Assembly (NCBI GenBank): GCA_030390025.1
Contig: CM059448.1
Span: 17,050,001 to 17,114,000 of the forward strand
DNA from: Squalus acanthias
Lineage: Eukaryota
DNA: 64,000 bases
Direction of reading: 5' to 3'
Shown: piece by piece, positions 24,020 to 37,318 of the stretch
Numbering within the stretch: position 1 is the stretch's first letter
Layout of the letters: every line of letters begins with the position of its first letter
The notes under the pieces: model-generated
Seen by the model: only the letters and a program-made list of their open reading frames with translations
Databases searched by the model: none
Told to the model about the DNA's origin: nothing
Translations under genes and position numbers: made by a program

Positions 24020-24061
24020 AGAGAATTCCCAAAGTTCTTCACTTTCCGATCAAGAGACAAG
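24020..24061 (+). CDS. ACACA: ACACA coding exon, REFPKFFTFRSRDK
   Basis: tacacag acceptor, AAG|gtaagg donor, 42 nt, phase 0-0. Confidence 0.96.
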
Positions 24062-24089
24062 GTAAGGCACACAGCAGAATTGAACTTCA

Positions 24090-24372
24090 TATCATATATC
24101 ATATAGAATCTTACAGTACAGAAGGGAGGCCATTTGGCCCATCGTATCTGTGTCGGCTCTTTGAAAGAGCTGTCCAATTAGTCCCACTCCTCTGCTCCTT
24201 CCCCATAGCTCTGCAAATTTTGCCTTTTCAAGTAGTTATCCAATTCGCTTTTGAACGTTACTATTGAATCTGCTTCCACCACTCTTTAACGCCGTGCATT
24301 CCAGACCACAACAACTTGCTGCGTAAAAAAAAAAAAATTACTCCTCATCTTCCTCTGGTTCTTTTGCCAAGT
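24090..24372 (-). mobile_element. CR1-type LINE 3' end
   Basis: atcatatagaatcttacagtacagaagggaggccatttggcccatcg...; starts about 30 nt after an exon. Confidence 0.75.
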
Positions 24373-24729
24373 CTACTTGATGCAGTTTTTTTTTGCTTTC
24401 AGATCAGCAATGCAATAGATGGTTTTTAAAAACAGGGGGCCTTGTATTTGATTAGATCAGAATTTATTGAAAATGCAGGGTAAAATCTACCCACTGAATC
24501 AGTTTGGCACGTACCTTCAGCACTGGCAGGCTCTCATCAGTGAAGTGGAATATGAACAGTTTAAATGATTTCGTATTGATCCTCTAAAAGAAATGAAAGG
24601 AGAAAAACCTTGCATTTACACAGTGCCTTTCACGACCGTAAGAAATCCCAAAGTGCTCCACGGCCGATTAAGTACTTTTTGAAGTATAGTCACTAATATA
24701 ATGTATGGAAACGAGGCGGGAAGTGAGGA

Positions 24730-25068
24730 ATAAAAACAGAAAATGCTGGAAATCCTCAGCGGGTCAGACAGTATCTGTGGAGAGAGGAACCGAGTTAACG
24801 TTTCAGGTCGATGACCTTCCATCAGAACTGGAAAAAGTTAGAGATGTAACCAGTTTTAAGCAAGTACAGGAAAGCGGGGAGGGGAGGAAAGAACAGGGTG
24901 GAAGGCAGGAGTGATTAAATGACGAAAGGGATGATGGTGCAAGGCAAAAGGGGTGGTAATGGGACAAGTAAAGAAACAAAAGATGGGTCTGGAGGAGCTG
25001 AAAATGACAAAAGCAGCATCATTACCAGCAACTGCTGTCCGAAAAAATGGGAGCAATGGTTATGATCT
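24730..25068 (-). mobile_element. Penelope-like 3' terminal fragment with hammerhead-like core (CUGAUGG variant) and perfect 10-bp TSD
   Basis: Homologous to 1926-2270; core at 24793-24828; gaagtgagga at 24720-24729 and 25069-25078. Confidence 0.85.
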
Positions 25069-26005
25069 GAAGTGAGGAGTTTGAGGTAAATCTCAGCGAT
25101 TGCCTGGTGTGGGGAAGGAACAAGTAGCAGCTGCACATAATGGATGGTTTGGAATGACTAGCACAGAATGGATTTGATCCTATGGCTGTCGAGCCCGCAC
25201 AAGCCTCGCACAGTTAGGACAGACTTTAGGAGTTTCTGAATATTCTTGGGCAGCCTCTCTTACCCTGTCAGTTCATTCTTGCTTCTAGTTGAAAGGTACA
25301 AATGGTAACAGATTACAAAACCGTCCTGCCTCTGTGCATTGTGGATCATTTTTGTGACCAGTTTGTTGGGTGAGGGGTTCCTTTTACCTTTTTGTCTGTT
25401 GATCTGTTCCCCCCCTCCCCACCCCCTCACTCGTCCTTCTATCCAGAAGGTTCTGACTGATGCTGGGGAAGGGTTATTCTTAATGTGTGAGCCTTGGCAG
25501 TAAGTCTTGCCAAGTTATTCAACCAATGGTAGGGTCGAACTATCTTTGCTGGGAATCGGTATGCATAATTCTAGCAGCGGCTGCTGGACACTGAGCAGGA
25601 ACGGAAAGCCCGCTTGATATTTCCCTTCCCACCTCACTCAGCTGGGGGTGCTGAGGCCAATTGGTTGATCAGATAACTTGGCAGAGAGCAAAAATTGTAC
25701 TTGGGGCCTTCATGGTCTATATAACTCCTACTCGGTTAACCAGCTGAACTGTCTGTAGTGCGGGCTGGGATTTTTTTCTTTAGAGCCCTTCAGACATTTC
25801 TTGAAAACTATCCAACTAAATGAAAATTTATTTTTGTATGAAATGTCACAGCAAACCTCACTAGTTTGCAAGAATGTTTTAAAAAGCACAGACCGCACAC
25901 AATTTAATGACTGTGGTGCTACATTTTCCGGCGCTGGATGCTCATGTTTCTCTGTTTCAGTATTAATCATTCTTTCTTTGTTATCCTCCACATTCCGCAG
26001 GCCAT

Positions 26006-26401
26006 AAAAAAGAAAGAAAGACTTGCATTTATATAGCGCCTTTCACGACCTCAGGATGTCCCAAAGTGCTTTACAGCCAATGAAGTGCTTTTGAAGTGTA
26101 GTCACTGTTATAATTGGCGGCAGCCAATTTTGCGCACAGCAAGCTCCCACAAACAGCAATGTGATAATGACCAGATAATCTTCGAAATAGTGTCATGGGA
26201 TCTTTTACGTCTACCTGAGAGAGCAAACGGGGCCTCGGTTTAACGTCTCATCTGAAAGACGGCACCTCCGACAGTGCAGCACTCCCTCAGCACTGCACTG
26301 GAGTGTCGGCCTAGATTTTTGTGCTCAAGTCTCTGGAGTGAGACTTGAACCCACAACCTTCTGACTTGAGCGAGAGTGCTACCAACTGAGCCACAGCTGT
26401 C
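26006..26401 (-). mobile_element. SacSINE1-type DeuSINE
   Basis: aagaaagaaagacttgcatttatatagcgcc tail, Deu core, tRNA head. Confidence 0.85.
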
Positions 26402-27829
26402 AGGGTGAGGGGGTGGAAGAGATCACTGTTTGTTTCAGATACTTTTAATGTCATGGCACACCACATGTAAGCCTACTCCCTCTGTTCCTTTCTCCGATAT
26501 CTAGCGGGAGTTGGTGCTGCTGCTCCTCTGTATGCAGGAAAGCAGTTTTGGCACAACTTTGCCAGCAATTTGTTGTGTGTAATGGTAATTTTCTTTTAAG
26601 CTCCAAGTTGGCTGGATCAGCTTCATTGTTCTTGAAGATTTAGCTGAAATTTGCAATTTTCCATCTAGGAAGTGTTGATAATAAACATGCATATTAATCA
26701 GAAATCAAGTGGTCAACAGCCTTTGCCCTCTTCCTGGTTTCATCAATACACACAATATTTTCAAAAGTTAATACTAAATGTCTTCCCTGCACCCCTCCAC
26801 CTGAAAAGAACGAAATGCTTAATAATGATACGGTTGGCATATTTCTCTTTCCAAGTATCTCCAGTAGTTTTGAAAACTTATTTTAAGACCTCAATTGGGA
26901 TGAAATTGCGCAAGGAGGGGGTGGGTGGCCGGGGGGGGGGAGATAAGTGACTGAAAGAGTGGCCACTGATGGTGGAGCGAGGAAGGCGGGATCAGCAGTA
27001 ATTTAGTGTTGGAGAAGCAGAAGGTGCAGGTGGGATGTGCGTCTGGAATCTTATTCCGAAACGAGCAAGAATATCACAGAATACAATTCCTAGGCAGTTT
27101 GGATTGTAGGATATTTGTGTTGCAGCATAAATACCACGGCGTAGAGAAAAGGATATGGAATAACAGATCCATTATTTGAAAACATGTCATTTGTAAACAC
27201 GTTTATGAATTCAAAACTAACACACATTGGTTTATAAGGTTAGAACGCACAGCACGGGAATAACATAAAACCTCCGAGCGTTCTATGAGTCTAGATTTGA
27301 GTTGATGAGATGTAATGTCCTAGCATAAAATAAGCTCTATCAAATGGCACAGTGGGGTGCGTAAGGGCAATTGAGTCCTTTTATTTTGTGAAATAGATTT
27401 TTCTGTATTAAGGCTTGTGCGTTAAACCCTGCGTTGTAAATAAATTATGAGGTGTAAACTTAGCCACCCAGTTCATGCTGTTAGTTTTAGTGCGGAATTA
27501 ATGACAAGGGTTTGTAGCAGAATGTGAAGCTTTTATTTAAAGCAGGTTGTCCTGAGGATGCGATGTGTTAACTTAGATTCGTTGCAGCTTCATATGTTGA
27601 CTTATTTGTGGCTGGTGGAATTAGATTTCATATCAGACTGGTGGTGATTGAACTTTTAGAAAATTCTATGATGTTTGTTAGAATTTGAAAATATCTTGGC
27701 AGATAATATGACGACTCGTTCAGTTTAAAACACTTTCTGGTCCCTCTATCTCTCAATCACACTTACAGTAAAGAATTATACTAGCTCAGTCTTTGTGCAA
27801 CTCCGATTCAATTTCATTTGTTTTTCCAG

Positions 27830-28045
27830 TTTCAGGAAGACAGGATTTACCGACATCTGGAGCCCGCCCTGGCTTTCCAGCTGGAGCTGAATCGAATGCG
27901 GAATTTTGACCTCACTGCAATGCCATGCGCCAATCACAAAATGCACCTGTATTTAGGCGCAGCCAAGGTGGAGGCTGGGATTGAGGTGACCGACTATAGA
28001 TTCTTTGTACGAGCCATTATTCGGCACTCGGACTTGGTCACCAAG
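27830..28045 (+). CDS. ACACA: ACACA coding exon, [26 protein letters not shown]...[12 protein letters not shown]
   Basis: tttttccag acceptor, AAG|gtgagt donor, 216 nt; ORF 27818..28096 contains the hallmark [13 protein letters not shown]. Confidence 0.98.
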
Positions 28046-28060
28046 GTGAGTCAGCCTGCG

Positions 28061-30262
28061 ACAGCAACTTGCATTTATAAAGCACCTTTAACGTAGAAAA
28101 ACGACCCAACGTAAGGAATACATGAAGGCCGAGCCAAAAAATAAGAGATTCGCAGGGGTGACAAAAGGTCTGGTCGGAGAGGTGGGTTTTGAAGGAGTGG
28201 GGAGGTGGAGAGATTGTGGGGGTGGGGTGCGCGGTGGTGGAGCGGAGATTAGGGAGGGAATCCAAGAGTATGGGGCCTAGGAGGCTGAAAGCATGGCTTT
28301 TGTGAGGGCTGTGGGGGGCGCGGTGATGCTGCACCAGAGACACAGGAACTGCGAGTTCTGGGGAGGTTTTGTAGGGGTGGAGGAGGTTGCTGAATATGGC
28401 AGGTGTAAGGCCATGAAGCGATTTAAACACGGGGATGAGAGTTTCAAATTTTAGGCATGGTTGGATTGGGGGCCAACTTAGGTCAGCAAGAGCAGGGGTG
28501 ATGAGTGAGCAGGTTTTGGTGTAGGACAGGATACAGACGGTAGAGTTTCAGATCAGCTGAAGTTTACGGCAGGTGGAAGATGGGGAGCCAGCTGCAGATC
28601 ATTGGAGTAGTCTAGCCTGACAAAAGGCATGGAGGAGGGTTTCGGCAGCAGATGGGCTGAGGTGGGGGGGCGGGGCGGGGTCTGTTACGGAGGGGAAAGT
28701 CTTTGTGATGGAGAGGATATGGGATTGGAAACTCCGCACAGGATCGAATTGGATGCTGAGATTGCGAACAGAGTGATTCAGCCTTGAGACAGTGACCAAA
28801 AAAGGGGAATGGAATCCGTGCTGAGGGCACGGAGTTTATGGTGGGGAATGAAAACAATGGCTTTCACCTTCCCAATGTTTAACTGGAAGAAATTGCAGCT
28901 CGTACAAGACTGGATATCGGACAAGCAGTATGACAACACCGAAGCAGTGGAGGAGTTGAGTGAGGTGGTGGAGATGTGTGGGTGTTGGCAGTATACATAT
29001 GAAAGATGGCCCCATGTCTGAATCCCTCCCTCCACCCCCCCGCCCCCCGGAGCAGCGTGTAGAGGAGGAAAAGGAGGGGGGCCAAGGATAGACTGGTGAT
29101 AGTGCGGGGACAGGAAGAGACACCATTGCTAGAGATACTCTGGCTAAAGTCACATTGGTAAGATTGGAATACAGCAGGGGTAGTCCCACTGAATTGGACA
29201 ATGGAGGAGAGTAGTGAAGTCAACTGTGCCAAAGGCTGCAAAGAGGAACAGTGCACCACGGTCACAGTCACCGGGGATGTCATTTTCTGACTTTGGTTAG
29301 GGGCATTTTAATGCTGTGGCAGAGGCAGAAATCTGACTGGAGAGGTTCAGACGGGGAGTTTCAGGAAAGATGGGTACAGATTTGGGAGTTAACAGCTTAT
29401 TCAAGGACTTTGGGGAGGAAAGGCAGATTGGAGATGGGGCAGTATTTTGCAAGGGCAGAGAAGTCAAAAGGGTTTTTTAAGGGGTGGGGGTGATAGTTTT
29501 GAAAGGCAGGAGGACGTTGCCTGAGCATAGGGAACCATTTACAATGTCCGCTAGCATGGGGGCCAGGTGGGAATGGGGTCAAGGGAGCAGGAGGTGGGTC
29601 TCGTGGATGAGATTAGGTCAGATGGAGCATAAAGGGAGATGAGAGAGAAACTGTAGGGGAGATGTGGTTTCGGAGCTGGGGTGGGAAGTTGGGAACCAGC
29701 AGAGACAGCTGAGTGGATAGTCTCAACCTGAGTGACCAATCCATGTTGGAGATGAGGGTGGAAGGGGATAGGGATTTAAGGAGACAGTTGGTGGTGGGGA
29801 AAAAAGATGCTGGGGGTTATCTTTGCTCTCCAGGGTGATCCTGGAGTAGTGGGTGATTTTGGCACAGGAGAGTGAGGCCTAATAACATTTGGTGTGGTCC
29901 AGCCCGATCTGGCGATGGATGGTTAAGCCATTTGTGCACCAGATACGCTCAAGTCTGCGCCACTTGAACTTGAGGGAGCAAATACGATGGCCATATCGGG
30001 GGAATGGCTGAGATGGGAGAGTTAAGATTTTGCAGCGGACAAGGACGTCAAAGGTGGAGGTGAGGGAGTGGTTGAATAAATTGACAACTGCAAAGATATC
30101 GTGGGGAATTGTTGGGAGTTTGGAAGTGAAGTTGTAAGTGACTTGGAGAGTTCCCCTCCCCCCACTCCCCAAGGATGGATGCAGAAGGAAGTGGGGTTAC
30201 ATGGGGGTGGTATCGGGACGTGGTGTTGAAGGATCGTAGGAGATGGCCACGTCAGTGAATTA
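28061..30262 (-). mobile_element. L2 LINE ORF2 remnant, about 2.2 kb, frameshifted
   Basis: Minus-strand ORFs FKSLHGLTP, CLSDIQS..FFQLNIGK, YCPISNLPFLPKVLE, PTSCSLDPIPT; starts 15 nt after an exon donor. Confidence 0.88.
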
Positions 30263-31025
30263 GCCGAGAAGGGCCTCAAATCCTCAGTGTAGTTTTGACC
30301 ATTTAATCTTGGAATAAACCTGATGTGCTTCTCCAATAGAAATCACATTGAGTTATTTTGTGTGCTATAATACTGAACAGCACTCTACTATGTTAATGTA
30401 CCTCCCAAGTCATTTTTTTATTTTACTGCATTTTAATGTAATTTTTGATGGTCTATTTCACTTAATATGATTTTTCACGTAATTTGAAAAACCTCCTAGA
30501 AAAGTTGAACAAGCATAAAACTGCGAGCAGGTAGCGCATTAATTAAAAGTCCTGTGATGCTTTAAGCAATATGATTCCAAATGGCACAAACCTGTATTTG
30601 AGGGCGGCTGCTTTTTGATTTAAATAAGTTTTTTTTTATAGCCAATGATTAAAAATGACCTTAGTTTTGTTTTTAAAAATTCGACTGGTTTAATTATTTT
30701 CACAGTTAATTGAGAAAAATATTGCTCTGTGCCGACTTTGTTCTTACTGTTTTCTTTATTCTGTTTAACTGTGTCTAACGTATGGGATTTTAATTGAATT
30801 TGTTTCTCTTTAATTTTCTATTTTCCATGGGGAGCTCGTCCCTTTTTTATTGCCAATTTTCTCCACTCCTTTTCTGAAGGATTCAATTCCTTGATGGGAT
30901 ACGGCTACACAGATGCCAGTTACATTCTCACATTTAATCGAGTGGACCTTATTTTTCGAGTGTGGGCCTCAACACTGAGTATCACGAGGACATTTCACCA
31001 CAAGGGCACCATAGCCAAACCTGAT

Positions 31026-31323
31026 GGCAACACGGTGGCATAGTGGTTAGCACTGTTGCCTCACAGCGCCAGGGACTCGGGTTACTGTCTGTGTGGAGTT
31101 TGCACATTCTCCCCGTGTCTGCGTGGGTTTCCTCCGGGTGCTCCGGTTTCCTCCCACAGTCCAAAGATGTGCGGGTTAGGTTGATTTGGCTATGATAAAT
31201 TGACCCTTAGTGTTAGGGGGGATTAAATACGTGGGGTTACGGGGATAGGGTGGGATATGTGTCGGTGCAGGCTCGATGGGCCGAAATGGCCTCTATCTGC
31301 ACTGTGGGGATTCTGTGATGCTA
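31026..31323 (+). mobile_element. HE1-type V-SINE inserted in a family X copy
   Basis: Head ggtggcatagtggttagcactg, V-domain tgtgtggagtttgcacattctccccgtgtctgcgtgggtttcctccgggtgctccggtttcctcccac, CR1-like tail gatgggccgaaatggcct. Confidence 0.88.
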
Positions 31324-32545
31324 TCCTCCCCGCTGTCCACATGCGTACTTCTATCAGGGGTTGCTGGATAGGATTCGGGAGAGGGAATCCTGGCTGATTT
31401 TTATCCGACCTGTTGAAGTCCCCTCTTCCAGATGAGATTAGCTAACTCCGCTCGGGCCAGGAAGCGATTGTTGGGCTCAGCTACTCATTGGATAAAAGTG
31501 CTGAACCATTGGGGAGAATCTGCTTCCCTTTCTTTTTCTCCCCCATTATTCTTCATCCATCTGGCCTGACACTCAAAAGAACATGTCCTCGCGAACAATA
31601 TTCTTGTAATTAGCCACTAGGAGATGCCTTTTGATCTCCTCTGCTCTCTTGACTTACCCGCCTTCCCCCATGCAACTACTGAGGTGAGGTACAGTCGTCA
31701 CTCCGTGCTATCCTGCTCAGCAGAGCTCAGATTGGGAGTAGAATGGAGCAAAGTTTGAACCAACACCAGTCCTTATTCTAGGGCATTGCATGTTAATCAC
31801 ATCATGTCACCACTCATTTCATCCCAACTGTCAATTCTTGACAAGGTAGGAACCTTCTGAGGGGAGGGTAGAAGCGCATATCTGGAGGGGAAGCTTTGTT
31901 TCACGTGCTGCTTGTGACCTGAAAGTGCTTTACGCTCTTCCATTCTTTATAACTGTTGACCTCCATGTTGAAGCACCATAAATATACAAAAGAAAATTCT
32001 TTAGACAAAACTCCACAGCAGCTCGAACTTGGCATGGACCTTTCAGAAGTTGCTAACATGCCAAAGGAAACAATTCCATCATTGTGCCAGATCCGTTGTA
32101 ATGTGTGCAAATGTTGCAAAAACATTGCAAACGTGATCTTAAATCAACTGCATTTGCAGCTTTGTCAATCTGGAATCAAAATAGCGGAGCCAACACAAGT
32201 GCCAGCAGCTACAGCCATTTACTTTTAGCCATCGGTAGCGCTTTCCCATCCGAGGCACCCAAGGGCAACTACCTCCCAAAGGGAGCTTGGCATCAATAGC
32301 ATTGGTGCGAGTCATTTACAATAAGGATAAAAAGACCATAAATTTCATGTTCCATTGATGCTGTGGAGGACGAATAGATGGTGTTGGTGAACTGTTAATT
32401 GTTCTAGTCTGAGCTTTCTTATGTGAGGCATTCAGACTATTTTAGATGTTATGTGGTCTAAGATGTAGTTTTAGATTTTTTAAAAATTAGTTATTTTAGT
32501 AAAACGGTCAAAGACCTTTTACACTGATATTAATCTTGTCTGTAG

Positions 32546-32701
32546 GAAGCCTCCTTTGAGTATCTGCAGAATGAGGGAGAACGTTTGCTGCTGGAGGCTA
32601 TGGATGAGCTGGAAGTGGCATTTAACAACACGAATGTTCGAACAGACTGCAACCATATCTTCCTCAACTTTGTTCCCACTGTCATCATGGATCCTTCGAA
32701 G
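32546..32701 (+). CDS. ACACA: ACACA coding exon, [52 protein letters not shown]
   Basis: tctgtag acceptor, AAG|gtaggc donor, 156 nt. Confidence 0.98.
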
Positions 32702-33391
32702 GTAGGCACTGTCTTTGAATTTCTCTTGACAAAGTGAAGAAGTAAATCACAATCTGAATCTCTGGTGGTTTGTGGTATGATTTGGTGGTTTGTAGTGCAC
32801 TGGTTTACTAATGGTGCTGTGCCATAACCCAGTAGTGCACACGTGTCCAACCAGCTACTAAAACCATGGCAATGGGTGTCTTTTATGATCTCTGAAAGTA
32901 CAGTTATGATCTCAGCCAGGCAGTAGTTGGGATGCATCAATGGCCTCAACATGCATGGGCTAGATGAAAACATTAAGCAGAGATCCCGGTTCATATTGCG
33001 GTCCATAACCACCCCAGCCCTTGCAGGAAGGTGCCAGTTTTGGGTGAGGACAGGATTCAGCCCTGCAGTCAAATAGACTTGTCAACGCTTACTGTCCAGG
33101 TTCACAATTTAATAATGGTCACTCGGGCATGGTAACTAGAGGCCTGCTGGGACCATGGAATCCTACTCGAGCACAAGCCACTGTCTTCAGGAGATGGAGA
33201 GAGAAAATTCGGAGGGGGCAGATTGAAGGCATTTCTGAGAGAGTGTAGAATCTGATTATAACATTGTTTGATGCAGCTGGTATGTTTCTAACTTGCGTTG
33301 GGGGGCAGGTACGTGTTGGCATAGTGGCTATTTTCAGTAATCCTGCGATGGATGAGGGTCCTGAGCGTTCTGTTTCTGTTCCTTCCTCCAG

Positions 33392-33595
33392 ATAGAAGAG
33401 TCTGTACGCAGCATGGTGATGCGTTATGGCAGTCGTCTCTGGAAGCTCCGCGTGCTGCAGGCCGAGTTGAAAATAAATATTCGCTTGACGCCCACTGGGA
33501 AGGCCATTCCAATCAGGCTCTTCCTGACCAACGAGTCAGGTTACTACTTGGATATCAGTCTGTACAAGGAGGTGACGAACTCCAGGACTGGACAG
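33392..33595 (+). CDS. ACACA: ACACA coding exon, [27 protein letters not shown]...[11 protein letters not shown]
   Basis: cctccag acceptor, CAG|gtacga donor, 204 nt; overlaps ORF 33413..33616. Confidence 0.98.
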
Positions 33596-33869
33596 GTACG
33601 AGAAGTTAACGACTAACTCGCTTAAATAATGGAAGTGAGAGTCTTGTTTTCTGAAACTTGTTGAAAAACTGCTGCAAAGAAAGATATAGATAAATACCAC
33701 TTTTGTGGAATTGGGGTGTACCTCCTGCATGGCAGGATGTCTGTCCATCAACCCTGGCCATTTTTCTGACCTTGGAGTCATTTACCTAACTTTGGTGAGA
33801 AGTCAGGCTGGAATTAGGTTGGAGATTGGCTGCGGGAGAGCTGTGTTGCCCAAGCCTGTGCAGGAGTGG

Positions 33870-35465
33870 GGGAAGTGAAAAATGGGAAGGGTTAGGGTGC
33901 GGGACTAAAGGCAGAATCAAAGGGAAGGGAGTTGAGCAGGTGTTTAACAGCAAGGAGGGAAGTGGCATGGTGGATGGAACTAGGCAGGGAGTTCCAGAGG
34001 GCTGGAGCAGAGTGGCTGAACAAGCAGCCACCAATGGTGAAGTGGAGGGAGCAGGAGACAGAAGCCCAGTGTTAGAAGAGCAGACGGTGCGTGTGGGAAC
34101 ATTAAGCAAGGGAAGATCACTAAGGTAAGGTGAGGCAAGGCCATTGAATGATTTGAGAAAAAGGATGAGAATTTTGAAGTCGGCTCGTTGGGACACTGAG
34201 AGCCGTTGAGCTTGGATAGAATGAGGTTGATGGGAGTACAGGACTGGGTGTGGATGAGGTAGGTGGGCTGCAGAATTTTGAATGTGCTGAAACTTGTGGG
34301 GAATTGAGGCAGGGATGGTGGCAAGGAGAGTATTAGGGAAGTCGAGCCTCAAAGTGGTGGTGGAGGGGACTTGGGCAGAAGGGAAAAGGAAGGGGTGGAA
34401 ACTAAGAAAGCAGTCCTGGTTTTAGATTACATGTGGGGAAGGATGCCGAGCTCAGTTGAGCAGTATGCCATGATTTCACACCTTTTGATTTAGCATGATG
34501 TGGCAGCCGGGGAGGCTGATGGAGTCAGGGAACGTATAAGTGATGGCGGTTGCCAAAAGGGGAGGGCTTTGGCTTCGCTAATGTCAAGCTGGAGGAAATG
34601 TTGACTCAACTGGGTCTTGATGACAGTCGGGCAGTAGGAGTGTAGCAACAGCTACTGGTTGAGTGAGACAGAGTTATAAACCTGGGTTTGTTTCATCAGC
34701 ACACATCTGTGCTTTCGGATAATGTTGCATGTAGATGGTGAAGAGGAGAGACCTGTGGGGTACACCAGAGTTGACTGTGCAGGAGAAGCTGTTGGAGGCC
34801 ATGTAGTACCTGCATTCCAACAGGTATAAGTGGAACCAGGAGAGATCAGTGCCATGGCGGTGGACTGAAAAAGAAAGATGGAGGAAGGTGGAATGGAATG
34901 GTGTTGGAAGCAGAGAAGGCTAGAGAGATAAGGAAAGATGGAGAGCCTTGGCTGCAGTTACACAAAATGTCATTTGTGACTTTAACCACTGCAGTTTCAG
35001 ACTGGGCAGGGCAAAAACCAGATTGCAGTAAGGAGAGGTGGGAGTGTAGTTGCATTTCGAGTTGTTTAGAATTGTTTCTGATAGAATAGTGCACAGTTTT
35101 GGCCAAAGAGAGAAGTGATGGTACAGTTTGAGGTGATTCAGTTAGATCTGGCAATGAACAATCAGGCTGTTTAAATGGCAAGGGCATTTGAACTTGTGGC
35201 CTGTGGATCAGAGGCCATTGATGTAGCTATTATACCAGGTGAAGTGGCGAGGCCGAGAGCCTGCCCTAGATCTGAGGGGGAAAGAGCGTTGACAGTGAAA
35301 GCACGATGGTTGTGGAAAAGAACAACAGAGGCATTGGTGACAACACAGGTGGCAAGCAGAAGAGCAGAATTTGAGCGAATGCTCTGGAGTGTGGAGTATA
35401 GTGTTTCTTCCCAAGAGTGGAAGATGACAGTGGAAGGTTAGTGGCAGGCTGAGTGGAAGACCATC
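33870..35465 (-). mobile_element. Older L2 LINE ORF2 remnant
   Basis: Minus-strand ORFs KFQHIQNSAAHL, RADFKILILFLKSFNGLASPYLSDL, LQSGFCPAQSETAVVKVTNDIL. Confidence 0.85.
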
Positions 35466-37162
35466 AGGTTAAACCCGAGCCTTTCTGCACAATGTACCAG
35501 AACATCAATCAATGCTGCCCTCGCCCCACACGCCCACATTGTAAATGTGTTATGGTAGCATTCCAATCCCCCGACCACTGATGGAGTAATTGTCATCCCC
35601 TCTGTATAAAAATATGCATTTTACTTTTCTCTTTAAACCAACCTGGTATCCATCATTTTAATTTCTGAATATTTGAGAAACTGGAAGATTCTATGCTGGA
35701 GAAAAAAAAAGTTGAATTCTGCTTTTTGTAATTTGCAGCCTGACCTTTTCTTTGATATTCTTCTGATTGAGTTTATGGTAATGAAATTACTGAGCGTACG
35801 TCCAACAGCCACAGCGGGGGGAGATGGGGGCAAAAGGAGTGATTTAATCTTCTGCGTTCTCTTAGTGGTACCTGCTATTCTTAACCACAGTTGCCGTGGC
35901 TCTTTGTACAGCTTGATTACATTAACTCATATCACAATGGCTCCAAGGCAAGCCCTTTCTTGTCAGTAAATAATGCCACGACTTGTTTTTTTTTCCCCCC
36001 TTGTAATTGTGCGGAATAAGACTTTTTTTTCATGGTGGAAACTTTCATTTTCATTATGTATTGTAAATGACAAAAGAGGTCAGAGAAATGACTACTAGGT
36101 AATACAGTGGAAGAGGAGATTAGAATGTTTGTGTGGGTAACCTCTGGTAGCCTTTGGAAAGATTCCTCGGAGACCACTCGTATGCATGATTGATTGCTTT
36201 CGAGGCCGGCTGTTGATGAAAGATACCAGCAGCAACAACAGCAATGGATTATGGCAGGGATGCCTATCGTGGCTCCTTCAGAGACACACCGCTAATCCCC
36301 AACATGCAACACGCGGCAACTTATCACAGTTTGCTTCGGTGCACGCTCAAGAAAAGCCCATGGTCCGGACTCTCAAAGGAACAGAATGAGAAAAAACAAA
36401 CCGTGGTGAAATCTGACAAAAAAGCCGAACCTGCTGAAAATATACAGCAAGTTGATTAGCATAAGGATGCGTAGGTCTTTTGTAGACTGAATTCTGTTGA
36501 AGGGTTGTAAAGGAAGGGTTAACCTGTCTTTCCCTTTCAGAAGCTGTTCGAATTCTTGTGCACACTTCCACACATTCTGTTTTGAAAGCAGAATTATATT
36601 GTTGCTCTTTCAAGCACGATTAGGTAAAAATGGTCCTATTTCTATAGAATAGTGGCAAAAAATGGCCAGTAACTCTGTTGCACAGGCATATATAATGTAC
36701 TACAGGAGTCTTTAACTAAAGAAAGAGTAGAATGTGCTGCCTTAATTTCTTAATGCAGTCACCTAAATAAAGCTGGATAATTTCTGAATCTCCATGTATT
36801 CAGAGTACAGCAACAGCAAATGACTAGTTTTAATCTGGCTAATATCTGACTAATAATTGCAGTGCTCCAATTAACATGTTTCCAGCAACGTTCAGTTTAG
36901 ACTTTCCAGAATGTAAAGTAACTTGTGAAGTTGAAGCTGGTTTGTGTTTGAGAATGTCACTCCAGAAGAATGGGAAGGCATATTCCCTCGGCTCCTCCAC
37001 AAAAAGGTGCCGTCATTACCCTCGATAATAATGTTACTTCATGTTCAAAAGTCTTTTAAAAGCACTGACAGAGCTTCTGTTCAGGGTATGGGAGCTGACA
37101 TATTTATAAAACAGATGACTGGCGATAAAGAATCTTTCACCTTTTCTGTCTTCTGATAACAG

Positions 37163-37318
37163 ATCATGTTTCAGGCCTATGGGGATAAACAGGGACCATT
37201 ACACGGAATGCTGATCAACACACCCTATGTTACCAAAGACTTATTGCAGTCCAAAAGGTTTCAAGCCCAGTCCCTTGGAACAACATACGTGTACGACTTG
37301 CCTGAAATGTTCCGACAG
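37163..37318 (+). CDS. ACACA: ACACA coding exon, [52 protein letters not shown]
   Basis: taacag acceptor, CAG|gtaaac donor, 156 nt; overlaps ORF 37166..37354. Confidence 0.98.

Noticed and set aside
26330-26401. tRNA-like A and B boxes (also near 22480, 31030, 46100, 49500)
   Set aside because: These are SINE heads continuous with SINE bodies; no complete cloverleaf seen
32530-33072. 180-aa minus-strand ORF
   Set aside because: Antisense shadow of an ACACA exon plus a family X repeat
33786-34352. 188-aa minus-strand ORF
   Set aside because: Frameshifted L2 ORF2 remnant, not a host gene
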